64,000 nucleotides of DNA from Octopus bimaculoides (Eukaryota): positions 51,522,320 through 51,586,319 of the forward strand of contig NC_068986.1 in assembly GCF_001194135.2 (NCBI RefSeq). Direction: 5' to 3'. A program made the position numbers and the translations under genes. Numbering within the stretch: position 1 is the first letter of the stretch; the number at the start of each line of letters is the position of its first letter. The notes below the pieces were generated by a model. It had not been told where the DNA came from and searched no databases. It saw nothing but the letters and a program-made list of their open reading frames with translations. Shown here in pieces: positions 52,251 to 64,000 of this stretch.

Positions 52251-53374
52251 CAGTTGCCCTCCGTATTTGATGAAAGTCACTGACAATGTAATTATGAACA
52301 TTTTTAGAACTACAGTAAATATCCTTTTTAAAAATAATGTAAAACAGTAAACATAACAATATTATAGAATTCCTCAAAGGAAAATTTCTACGTGAATTCA
52401 AGAAAATTGGATGCCTTACTCTGGAGAAAAACCACAAATTTGTAAACAAAGAAAATATGGTTGTTTGGCATTCATGTCTTTCTTAAAGGAATTAACAGTG
52501 TAAGTGAAGTGAAATGAATTGGCTCCAACCAAAAATTGAAATGCCTTACAGACCCACCTCACTAAAAGGTTATTTCTATACAAACTGAAGAAAACAATAC
52601 CAAATATCATTTTGTTTCAAGATAATCACTTTATGTAACTCAGTAAATGAAAGGATAAAAACATTCAAATACTATTAGCTTAATGGCCAATAGCATTACT
52701 CTTATAATATCTTTAATTCTTCTGAGTATTGAATTTGGTTTATTTCTGTTTCTAAGGAACTCCCAATATTATTGCACTTTTACATGTATGACTATTTCAA
52801 GTAAAAGTAACTTTTTCAATAGAATCAATTTCCATTCTTGTGCACTGCTTCTGCTGTGATTTTCATCATCATCTTCTTCGTTTTCATCGATGTGACTTAA
52901 CTAAACACCAATGCACTAATGAAGAACAATGATACCTAACCTTCGACACATCTCACATACTGCACTGCGGGGTAAGTGGTGGGAGTGGTGGTGATGGTTG
53001 GGAAGGTGGGGATGCCGTATAAAATATAAACGAAGATCAAAAGAAATACAAATGCTATTTGAAGTGAAATTGTCTGCTACTGAGTTCAGATGGCCTACAT
53101 AAGAACAACTCTTACTGCTTTACTGTGTTATTAGTTAGATTATACTATGCCTTGCAGCTAGAAGAATATTATAATTTCTCCTAAGAACAGATAAACAGTA
53201 GAGTTATCCATATATGGAAATTATTATTCTGCTTTAATTAGTCACAAATGTTCACTACAATGTGTCTTGACTTTTAGAGTGATAAAACATTTGACTACAA
53301 ATGATTTTTTTTGCGTTTCTCATGATGCCATGAATTTACGAAGGATTTACTTTCACTATTATTGCATGAAGAAT

Positions 53375-53872
<498 letters not shown>

Positions 53873-56334
53873 TGGTGATGTACATATACATGTATATACA
53901 AATATATTTGTGTGTGCACTCAGTGTAGTTGAGTGTTTAAGAAGTTCATTTTGTAACTACAAGGTTCTAGGCTCAATACCACTTTGTGGTTGTCTAAGGC
54001 AAATGTTTTCTATAACCTGAAGCCAACCTACAACCTTGTAAGTGAAAAAGTACAGACAAAAACTGTATAGAAAGCCTTGTGGATGAATTGTACCTACAAT
54101 TCGAAAGATACACTGTGTTTTGCTGATTCTGCCTAAAAATTGAGTTATGGGTACAGACGTGTATTGATTGCTTGGCCACTTATGCCTTCATTCAAGAGCA
54201 GATAATTCAGCTGAACATACAAATTAATACCCATCATACAATTCATCATGATGTAACAAAACAAAATGCCTTATAGCAATTAGTTTTGTCCTCCATTCTG
54301 AACTGATATCAAATAAGTCAACAGAGACCAATAGAATAAGTACACAGCTTAAAAAAAAGGTTGATTCATTTGGTTAAAATTCCACAAGGTGGTGCCCCAG
54401 CATGGCTGCAGTTTAATGGACCAAAGCAAGTAAAAAGAAAAAATAAACTAATTATATCCAACATCAATAACAAAGGGGGGGGGGAAGGCATCTGGTCTTC
54501 CTTCTACATATGACACCAATATTTTTTGTAATCTTAAGGTGGTAAAATAAAATGGCTAAATAGCAGCAGACTGCAAAAACTACATTCTTTATTATATATA
54601 GTTTGGTACTTATGGTTTTAGTTTTGAGTTACCAATTTCAGTGAATTAGTGGTTGATAAAACTTGAACTAATTTTAATAATCTAGCTGAAAAGATTAATT
54701 AACCAAAAGGTACTGATCTTGCTCTGAGCAAGGAAATGTATTTCTGCAAAATCTCTAATTTAATACATTTTCTAGCAACAAGAAATATTACTTATTCCAT
54801 GAAATCACCAACATTGAAAATTCTCTCAAGAGAATATGATACTGCTGATCAAATTTTTATACTTACTTTTTTTTTTTTATAATTTTTCATTATCAAGTTA
54901 ATAACTAATTTTCTTGCTCACAAATCAGCACAGGAAATTTCTCAGTAGTTTATAATATTAGAAGATAACATTCTTTTTCTCTTTGTTTTTTATTTGTAAT
55001 TTTCATTTTCTTTATGATATATTTCCATGCATTCATGGGTTAACCAGGTCAACCAAAAAACTGTCACCATAGCATCCAAACAAAAGCAATGTAATTGAGA
55101 TGAGAAAAAGATTTATAAATCGATGCATTTTAGTTGACGAATGAGGAATATTAATAACAATATAAAGTATAGAGAAGAAATACATATTTTAAAAAAATGC
55201 AGACTATTTCATTCATCCCATTTAAAGATAGCTGAGCAAAATAAATGATGGGAACCTGTATATTTGACCCTTGAGAGTTTTCAACAATGAGGATAAAGTG
55301 TTTTGTTTTAGACCAGCAGTTCTGCTATTCAAATTTCAATCTTGTCTTTTAATTCTTCTGTTAATATATCAACAAACTCAAACAACTACCATCACTGCCC
55401 TCACCCATACCAAACAAGAAAATTATGTAGCTTAGGTGAAGGTGAACCTTGTGATTCTGTTGTTGAAATTCCAACTTAGTCTTTTAATTCTGTGATTTTT
55501 TTTTATAAATAAAATCAACCAGCTACCATCCTTGATCTCACCCATACCACACAAGAAAATTGGCTTTCTTCCAATTTGAAATCAATACTTCCCAACAATA
55601 AATGTCTTCATAAAAATCTAAATATCACAAAACAAAACTTGGTTACAAACAAGATTACAATAACAAATTAAATTTAATTTTTTAGTTTTTCTTCTTTGTG
55701 TGTGCGGTGAGTTGGGTGTTTTGTCTCATAATTTATTCTTTCTGCCTCTTTTCATTCACTAACTAGTGTCAGAGTGAAAATAATTTAAAGATTTAATTAA
55801 TTCAAGACACTAGATTGGGCATTATTAGCCACAGGTGAAATATTTAAAAATACATGTCAGTGATTCAGAAAAAGAGGTTCTATACCTTTCTCGATGAATT
55901 AGACGGCTGAATGAAATACCTCACATGACAATGAGATTAAAGTTACTCGTTAACTAATTAAATGGCAGTGATTTCAAACTCTGCTATAGCCATATATACA
56001 TTGCCCCAGATCAAATACACTTTCAATTTTTACTTCAACCTACCTGGTTGACAGCAAGCTATGCTATTGCTATTACATGGTTACTTTTCCATTATACAGT
56101 TGGATGCTGAGCAGAAGAAAGTGCATCCATCTGTAAAAGCAATTTCTTCAACAAGAACTTCATATTTTGAAAAACTTATTCTGCTCATGCTACCATAGGA
56201 ATTAAAAAAGACATTTGTAAAAGGAAGAAAAGAGGAAGATAGATAAATAGATAGATAGATAGATAGATAGATACATACATACACGGATAGATATAACTTA
56301 TAGAAATGATGAATGCCAAAACATTACAAAGTAT

Positions 56335-56535
56335 TGGCTTCAAATTTTGGCACAAGGCCAGCAGTTTCAGAAGTGGGGCATAAGTTAATTACATCAATCT
56401 CAATACCTGACTGGTAAATTTTTTATTGACCCTGAAAGGATGGAAGGCTAAGCTAAACTTGACAGAATATGAACTCAGAACTTAAAAACAGACAAAATGC
56501 CACTAAGCATGCCAGCATGCTAATTATTCTGCCAA
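56335..56535 (-). mobile_element. Family F SINE
   Basis: GGCACAAGGCCAG...CCCTGAAAGGATGGAAGGC...GAACTCAGAAC. Confidence 0.78.
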
Positions 56536-57896
56536 ACATTTTTGCATGCATTCTATGTGACTAAATTGACAGTTGGAGGTGGTGATGAGCACATGCAAAG
56601 ACACGTGTGTGTGTGTGTGTACACACATACATACATACACACATATCTTTTCACACACACATATATATATACAAACATATATGTATATATGTATACACAC
56701 ACACACACACACACAAGACAGCCTTCCACACAATTTCTGCCTACCAAATTTACTTACAAGGCAATGGTCAACTCAGAGCTATTGTAGAAGATACTTGACC
56801 AAGGTGGCATGCAATGGGACTGAACCAAAAACCACGCGGTTGTAAAGCAAGCTTCTTAACCACACAGCTGCACCTTTGCCTATGACTAAAGATACTCCAA
56901 CCGTGACCATCCAGTGAACCTAAGACTACACAACTAAATTAAACATAGGCAAAAGTAAAGAACTGATATATAAAAAAAAACCTTAACAAAACACAAAATT
57001 ATACAATACTTTTATTATTGCTACCTGACATATATAAATGATAGGTCTTTAATGACATTAATAACGATTATTCAGTATTGAGTTACCTCGGGAAACAAAA
57101 TGGTTATGGTTGAACAAAATGCTTCAAATGGATTAGCAGCATTTAATTAACATCTTACGGTTAATCATTCTTGTGACTTTATTAACCCCCACCCCTCCTT
57201 TAAGGTGCATACATAATGTTGATATGCTCTGGCAAATAATTAAAACCAGTAGCAGTTAGAGTGAATTAAAAAGGACATACTCAGATATTTGCAGAGGAGT
57301 GGGTTTTAACTTTATTAGAGCAATACCATTACATAACTTTTAAGTTGCTAAACCGTATCACTGAGAGACATTATACTTTATAAATAATTCTCTTAAGTAT
57401 TATAGACAAACAGTAATCAATAATAAAAGTATTATGCTTATTAGAATTGTATACTTTTGATTCTGATATCTTTATTCTTCAAATCTTTGCATTTTTTTAA
57501 TCACACAAAGGTTATGGCATGTAAGGTATGTGGTTGCTATTTCTAACAGGCCAAGTGACCACATAGAGGCTCAAGAGTGCTATTTGAGGGAGATTTGGTT
57601 GTTATTTCTAGGTGGTCAAGTGATAATGTAGAGTAGTCATGGGTAACCTTTGGCCTGCAGGACTTTTTGAATGTCACGCATAATAAAAAAATGACCTTGA
57701 ATTTCTTTTTAGTGGTGCAACCTACCTAATAAGCCATATCCCAGGAAAGTCTGCTTCTAAAAAGAGGTTGCTCACATGCAATGTAAAGGGCCCCTTGTTA
57801 GATTGTAGGTTTTGCTGTTTTTTTTGTGGTTGTCTACTGTATAAATCCTCAATTTTCTGCTCTGTATATTTTCAGCTTCCTGAAGATTCACTACCA

Positions 57897-58126
57897 TTAA
57901 TCCTTTGGCATTTAAACCAGCCATACCAGGCCAAAATAATCTATCTGTTTTATCTTCAAACTGGCCAGATCTCGCCTCTCACACTTACCCTACAATATTA
58001 CTCTAAAAATAAACAATCACACCATTGAAATCTCTCAAAACTACATGGTAAAGCATGACTAATTCAAATCAATGTGAATAAATAAGCATTACATTTGACA
58101 GAGAAATCTGAATGCTAAAGGGTTAA
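57897..58126 (-). mobile_element. piggyBac-type MITE (best preserved copy)
   Basis: TTAA-TCCTTTGGCATT ... AATGCTAAAGGG-TTAA; TIRs plus TTAA duplication. Confidence 0.72.
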
Positions 58127-59149
58127 GCATTGCCACACACAAACACCATCAACATCACTACACATTCAATGATCAGAAACAATGGAAATCAATCTTGTAA
58201 CCCTTCCTCGCAAGGGTTTTATTGGTCAGACACTAACACAGAGTAATTACAGGCTTACAGTATATCTGATAAATAGTTAAAAAAAAGAAATGAAGCATTA
58301 TCAATAAGCAAATGTGTAATGTTTTATTTATGGCAAATTGAAAAATTTCACTGAAACATGCGCATACACAAAATGGCGGTTAGCTTCTTACTTTTAAATA
58401 ACTAATAAATCTGTGCTCTAAACTAAATATTAAAACTATAACATAAACATCTGGAATAATTAATACGCTTAAAATCATCATTTACAACATAACATGCAAC
58501 TATCATTATAATAATAATAAGACTATGTTAATGATTAATGATAAGAAACAATAGTAATATTGATATCTAATGTGTAAATGACAGCTATAAAGGTGCTAGT
58601 AAGTAATATTTCAAAGAATATTTATAGATACTGTTACAGAATTGTGGTCATTGAAGCATTAACTATGGCAATCACAAGAATGCTTAACGAAGATGGCAGC
58701 AGTGGAGTACTTATGGTTACAATGTCTTTCTTATCTGTAAATTTTGTGATATATAGTGAATGTTGACCTATAGGTTGTTTCAAACTGTCACAGGTATTGC
58801 AGTTAGTGCTAAGACAGGATTTTAATTCTCCTTGGGTTGACTGCTGCTCACCTTTCTGAGAATAATTGCATTACATCTCTCGCTGGCTTTCAACTTAGGT
58901 TTTTGCATATAATAAGCAAAAGTAAACGTTCATTAAAAGAAAATGGCTACCTGTTGGTTTTCGGCACTGAAAGTATCTAGCAAACAGCAGATCATCAGCA
59001 TTTTTTTTTCTTTTGTTTTTTGCACTCTCATCTCATGTCATCGTAACTATGACAGCTAATACAATCACAAAAACAATCAAACAACATCGTCCCTATTTCT
59101 ATCTTCTACTTCTCAGTGATGGTTCTTTTATTCACCTACTAATAATAAT

Positions 59150-59356
59150 TTAAATTTCTGGCACAAGGCCAGTAATATCAGGGAGTAGGTAAGTTTGAAT
59201 ATATCACTCCCATTGCTCAACTGGTATCTAGTTTATTGATCCCAAAAGGAGGAAAGGCAAAGCTGATCTCAGCAGAATTTGAACTCAGAACATAAAGACA
59301 GACGAAATGCCACTAAGCATTTTGCCTGGCATGTTAATGATTCTGCCAGTTTAATG

Positions 59357-59393
<37 letters not shown>

Positions 59394-59778
59394 TAATAAC
59401 AATTCTTTCTGCAATAGGCACAAGGCCTAAATTTGGGGGAGGGGATAGTTGATTACATCAACCCCAGTACATGATTGGTACTTAATTTATCGACCCTGAA
59501 AGAAGAAAAGGCAAAGTCAATCTTGGTGGAATTTGAACTCAAAACATAACAATAATAATAGTAATCCTTTCTACTATAGGCACAAGGCCTGAAATTTGCG
59601 GGGAAGAGACTAGTCGATTACATCGATCCCAGTGTTTCCCTGATACTTAATTTATCAAGCCTGAAAGGATGAAAGGCAAAGTCGACCTTGGCAGAATTTG
59701 AACTCAGAACGTTAGGATGAACGAAATACCACTAAGCATTCTCCTGGCATGCTACTGATTCTGCCAGCTCACCGCCTT
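59150..59778 (-). mobile_element. Head-to-tail stack of three family F SINEs separated by (AAT)n
   Basis: Copies at 59150-59350, 59405-59550 (5'-truncated) and 59566-59778. Confidence 0.85.
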
Positions 59779-59779
59779 A

Positions 59780-59824
<45 letters not shown>

Positions 59825-59874
59825 CTGTTTATTTTTCATACCCAGGCAACCAATGCTGTTTCACCTGAATACAT

Positions 59875-60265
59875 TACCTTTTATTTTTTACTTGCTTCAG
59901 TCACTGGACTGAGACCATGCAGAGCTTAGCTGAAGAAATCAACCCCAGTACTTATGTCTTTCAAAGCTTGATACTTATTCTACCAGTCATTTGCCAAACC
60001 ACTAAGTTATAGGCAAGTAAACAAACCAACACCATTTGTCAAGCAGTAGTGTGGGGATAAACATAAACACACACACACATATATATATATATATAATTTA
60101 TACGATGGGCTTTCATACAGTTTTCATCCAACAAATTCACTCACAAGGCATTGGTCGGTTCAGGGCTATAAAAGAAGACACTTGCCCAAGGTGCTGTGAA
60201 GTAGAACTGAACCTGAAACCACATGGTTGCAAAGCAAGTTTCTTAACCACAAAGCCTTGCCTGCA
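59875..60265 (-). mobile_element. Family A SINE (older)
   Basis: Tail, internal (AC)(TA)n and head recognisable. Confidence 0.8.
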
Positions 60266-60764
60266 CCTGCTGGATAAATTTTACAGCTATATAACATTAC
60301 ACGTAAGAACAACTCATGCTCAATTTATTAACATTCGATTATTCTATGCTCCAGACCCTTTAATTTTATTACTGATGTTTCAAAGCTGTACACTGAGTTC
60401 TTACATTCCTCATCATCAGCCCATAATATACTTAGAGAAAAAAAGAATGTGCTACCAATTGTGGAAGCAGTTTCATTAACCCTTAGCTAATAGTTAAAGA
60501 AACAAAATGGGAAAGAAAGCCATTACAGCAACAAAGTGATCACGTGCTTTGCCTTTATCTTTCCATTTTCATTAAAATAAGTTTTCATTTACTTTCTATT
60601 TATTTATTTATTTCGCTTTTCAATCTAGCTATGCAAATTAGTTTAAAAGGCTAACTAAAATGTAGGTTGACGTCGTTTTGACTGGGTTGTGACCAGAATA
60701 TGCAACACATTTCAAAAATCAAATAATTTAATTAACTATAAAAGAATGTGTTGAGCAAATGTGT

Positions 60765-60895
<131 letters not shown>

Positions 60896-61346
60896 AAATT
60901 AAATATCAATAGAAATTCTGATGGAAAATTTTGAAAAACAAAGATAAGCATTATAATAAAGAAATAAATCACTTGTACACATGCATACACATATTTGTAA
61001 ATACATATAATCAAAGAAGATCATTTAAACACACACACACTTGTAAATATACATATAGCCAAAAAAAAATCACTTACACACACACAAACGCACGCACACA
61101 CAAACACACACACACAATGCTGAAACTGTCACTCAGTATGAAGTGTAACTATCCATTCAAGTAGACAGCTGTGTTTGATGTATTTTTAACATAAAAGCAT
61201 AGATGCGCACACATTAAATGTGCAGTTCTTGAAAAGAACTAGCAGTTGATTCAATGGCATGAGTTCCATAACAAAGAATGCCTCTGCTGCGGTTTTTGCT
61301 ATAAATAATGTAAACTGGTGAGAACACTTGAAAGTAATATTCGAAG

Positions 61347-61390
61347 CCATGAATAAACCGCAAACCATAAGGTTTGCGGTTTATTCATGG
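61347..61390. other. Perfect 20-bp inverted repeat with a 4-nt loop
   Basis: CCATGAATAAACCGCAAACC-ATAA-GGTTTGCGGTTTATTCATGG. Confidence 0.95.
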
Positions 61391-61792
61391 ACTCCTCCAC
61401 ATCCACAAACTTACTGCAATCCTCTTGTTGAATCTAAATCTAATTTACCTTGTTCAAGCTGCTAATGCTCTCAACAGAAACATGAATGTTACTTAATCAC
61501 ATTCCACAAAAAAATTTTTTAATCCTATCATTTCAGGATCATATGGAAATCAATATTTCTTTAAAGTTTTCTTAGTTTTTCATTCAACTATGGTTCAGAT
61601 GAACTTTGTCATTTATCCTGTTTGGAGTGGGATGTCAAAAATATGCCCTGGTAATATAGAAGTACAACTCCAGCCACTGATTCTGACTCTCCTCAAAAAT
61701 TTGGCCATGTGCCTTGTTAAAACTAATCCCTACCCTCCCCAAATTGAAATGCTGTTGAAACATGTGGAAGGCAGTACAAAACATTTAAAAAT

Positions 61793-61956
61793 AGGCGGGA
61801 GAGTGGCTGTGTGGTAAGTAGCTTGCTTACCAACCACATGGTTCTGGGTTCAGTCCCACTGCGTGGCACCTTGGGCAAGTGTCTTGTACTATAGCCTCGG
61901 ATTGACCAAAGCCTTGTGAGTGGATTTGGTAGACGGAAACTGAAAGAAGCCCTTCG

Positions 61957-62005
<49 letters not shown>

Positions 62006-62220
62006 TTGTGTGTCTGTGTTTGTTCCCCCAACATCGCTTGACAACCGATGCTGGTGTGTTTACATCCCTGTAACTTAGTGGTTCGGCAAAAGAGACCGAT
62101 AGAATAAGAACTAGGCTTCCAAAGAATAAGTCCTGGGGCCGATTTGTTCGAACTAAAGGCGGTGCTCCAGCATGGCCACAGTCAAATGACTGAAACAAGT
62201 AAAAGAGTAAAGAGTAAGAG
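61793..62220 (+). mobile_element. Young full-length family A SINE
   Basis: Near-identical to 1039-1470. Confidence 0.92.
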
Positions 62221-63654
62221 TACTGAAAACATGGTCATGCATCCAAATCTTCTAGCTAAAACAATATTATACTGGTCCCCCAGATGACAAGCTAGATTAT
62301 TGATATCACCTCATTTTGTCTGATTACCAGACAGGTTCACTAAAAGGAGATAACCAGCAGGAAAAGCACCCAGCTGTAAGAGCTATAACTTTAGCAATAT
62401 TAAAAATGTAAAAATAAAAATTAAAAAATTAAAAATTACAGTAAAACCATCTCATACTAACTGGGAGAAAAAATGTTAGTAAGAAAGAAAGCAAATTTAA
62501 AATTAAAAAACAAAATTATATTGCAGTAATCACAGTTGTAACATCTTGGCTGCTTACATGAGAATATCAGTTTAAGATTTCAATCATCTACATTTACTCT
62601 TACAGCAAAATAAAGTTGGCATGGATGCAAGCTACTGAATATCTCATTAAAACAGATGAGAAAAAAAAGAAAAAAAAAAGCTTCTATGCTACAGGCAACT
62701 ATTCTACTCAAACCAAACTATAGCCTGCCAACAAAATTCTGATCTATATATGTGAAAATTACCATCTTCTGCACAGCTTGGCTGCAAATACGGGTAGTAT
62801 GAAGATAGACCACACTAAAACAATGGAACATTGTGTGATACATCAAAACAGCATTTATCAAGCATTGCTATTGTGCATTTTATATATTTTATCATATAAT
62901 TTTTGTTAAAATTTAAATTCATTATCCAAAAATGTACATCAGCATGTAACAGAACATAACACACACACACACATAAGTGACAGACTTATTTCAGTTTCCA
63001 TCTAGCAAATCCATTATAAGGCTTTCATCAACCTCAGAGTCTATTGTTAAAGACACAAACCTAAAGTACCAATCAGTAGGACTGAACCTGAAACTACGCA
63101 ACTGGAATGCAAACTGAATACAGCCATGTACCCACTTCTTACATGTGTGTGTGTGTGTATGTGTCTATATATATATACATATATATATATATATAGATTA
63201 GAGACAAGTATTCTCTGTATAGAATACACTTCATAGTGCTCAAGAGATTTAAACTTGAGCAGGTAGAGGAGTGTAAGGACAAGCAAGTTAAGCAAGTCGA
63301 TATACAGAAAATATCAAATACATTTAATAGAAAAAATGTACATATGTTTACATATAAGAAGGTCTGACTTTTGATATAGAATAGAAATGATATAAAGAAT
63401 TAAAGGGGTCGTGTATGTGTGTGTGTGTGTGTATGCGTGTGTGTGTGTGTGTGTGTGTGTGCAGGCATGGATGTGTGGTAAGAAGTTTCCTTCCCAACCA
63501 CATGGTTCTAGATTCAGGCCCCACTGCATGGCCGTTTGGACAAGTCCCTTCTACTATAGCCTCAGGCTGACCAAAGCCTTGTGAGTGGATGTGGTAGACA
63601 GAAACTGAAAGAAACCTGTCATGCATGTGTGTGTGTATGTAAGTATATATATAT

Positions 63655-64000
63655 AGTGTTAGGTTTGGTTTTTCCAATACTAAGAACCTAGAGCAGATTA
63701 TTGCAGCACATAATTCTAAAGTTCTTAAGACAGGCATGAATGGAATGAATAGGGATGAGGACCCTCACTTAGGTAATAATATTACAGGTTCTAAGATTGA
63801 GGTAACTGAGATTAATCCCAGGAGGTTAAAGTTTGAGGGTCCGAACGTGAGATTAAGGAATATAGTGTATCAGTGTAAGGTTAAGAGTGATACAGATGCT
63901 AGTGTTTATGTGGGTTGTTCTTCGGATAAGATTTGTAGGAGAATTTCTTGTCACTTTAATACGTTTAGAGATAGGAGTAAAATAGCTAGTACTAGTCTTA
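63655..64000 (+). mobile_element. Penelope-like GIY-YIG endonuclease region, frame open to the window end
   Basis: 115 uninterrupted codons: FGFSNTKNLEQIIAAHNSKVL...RNIVYQCKVKSDTDASVYVGCSSDKICRRISCHFNTFRDRSK. It starts directly after (TA)n. Confidence 0.8.

Noticed and set aside
52415-52460. SGEKPQIC resembling a C2H2 zinc-finger linker
   Set aside because: No CxxC or HxxxH pattern on either side; likely chance.
61538-61817. ~92-codon plus-strand frame after an acceptor-like TCATTTCAG
   Set aside because: It ends inside a SINE head, has no donor, and shows no recognisable domain.
61723-62198. ORFs with RRASFSFRLPNPLTRLWS... repeated at 993-1283 and 7932-8525
   Set aside because: Antisense translations of family A SINEs; the HTHT, YIYI and CVCV runs come from microsatellites.

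Overview
AT-rich, repeat-dense animal genomic DNA from a gapped draft assembly. The SINE families, microsatellite load and transposon mix point to a coleoid cephalopod, probably an octopus (inference, not database-confirmed). Most recognisable sequence is transposable-element derived. There are several tRNA-derived SINE families that share modules, and decayed fragments of RTE LINEs (one with a PHD-type C4HC3 finger inside ORF2). Penelope-like GIY-YIG fragments, a Tc1 transposase, a Helitron PIF1 helicase, and piggyBac-, hAT- and mariner-type MITEs are also present. No complete host gene is recognisable. The best host-gene signal is a splice-bounded 24-bp tandem repeat at 39940-40644 that reads as a mucin-like (PSDTTTLH)n exon. 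Several short, phase-compatible plus-strand candidate exons (22.7-47.6 kb) could join it into a membrane-anchored mucin-stalk protein. A perfect 20-bp hairpin carrying two RUNX-type sites lies at 61347-61390. Almost all ORFs in the supplied track are microsatellite, SINE or gap artefacts. Repeat boundaries are by eye and approximate.
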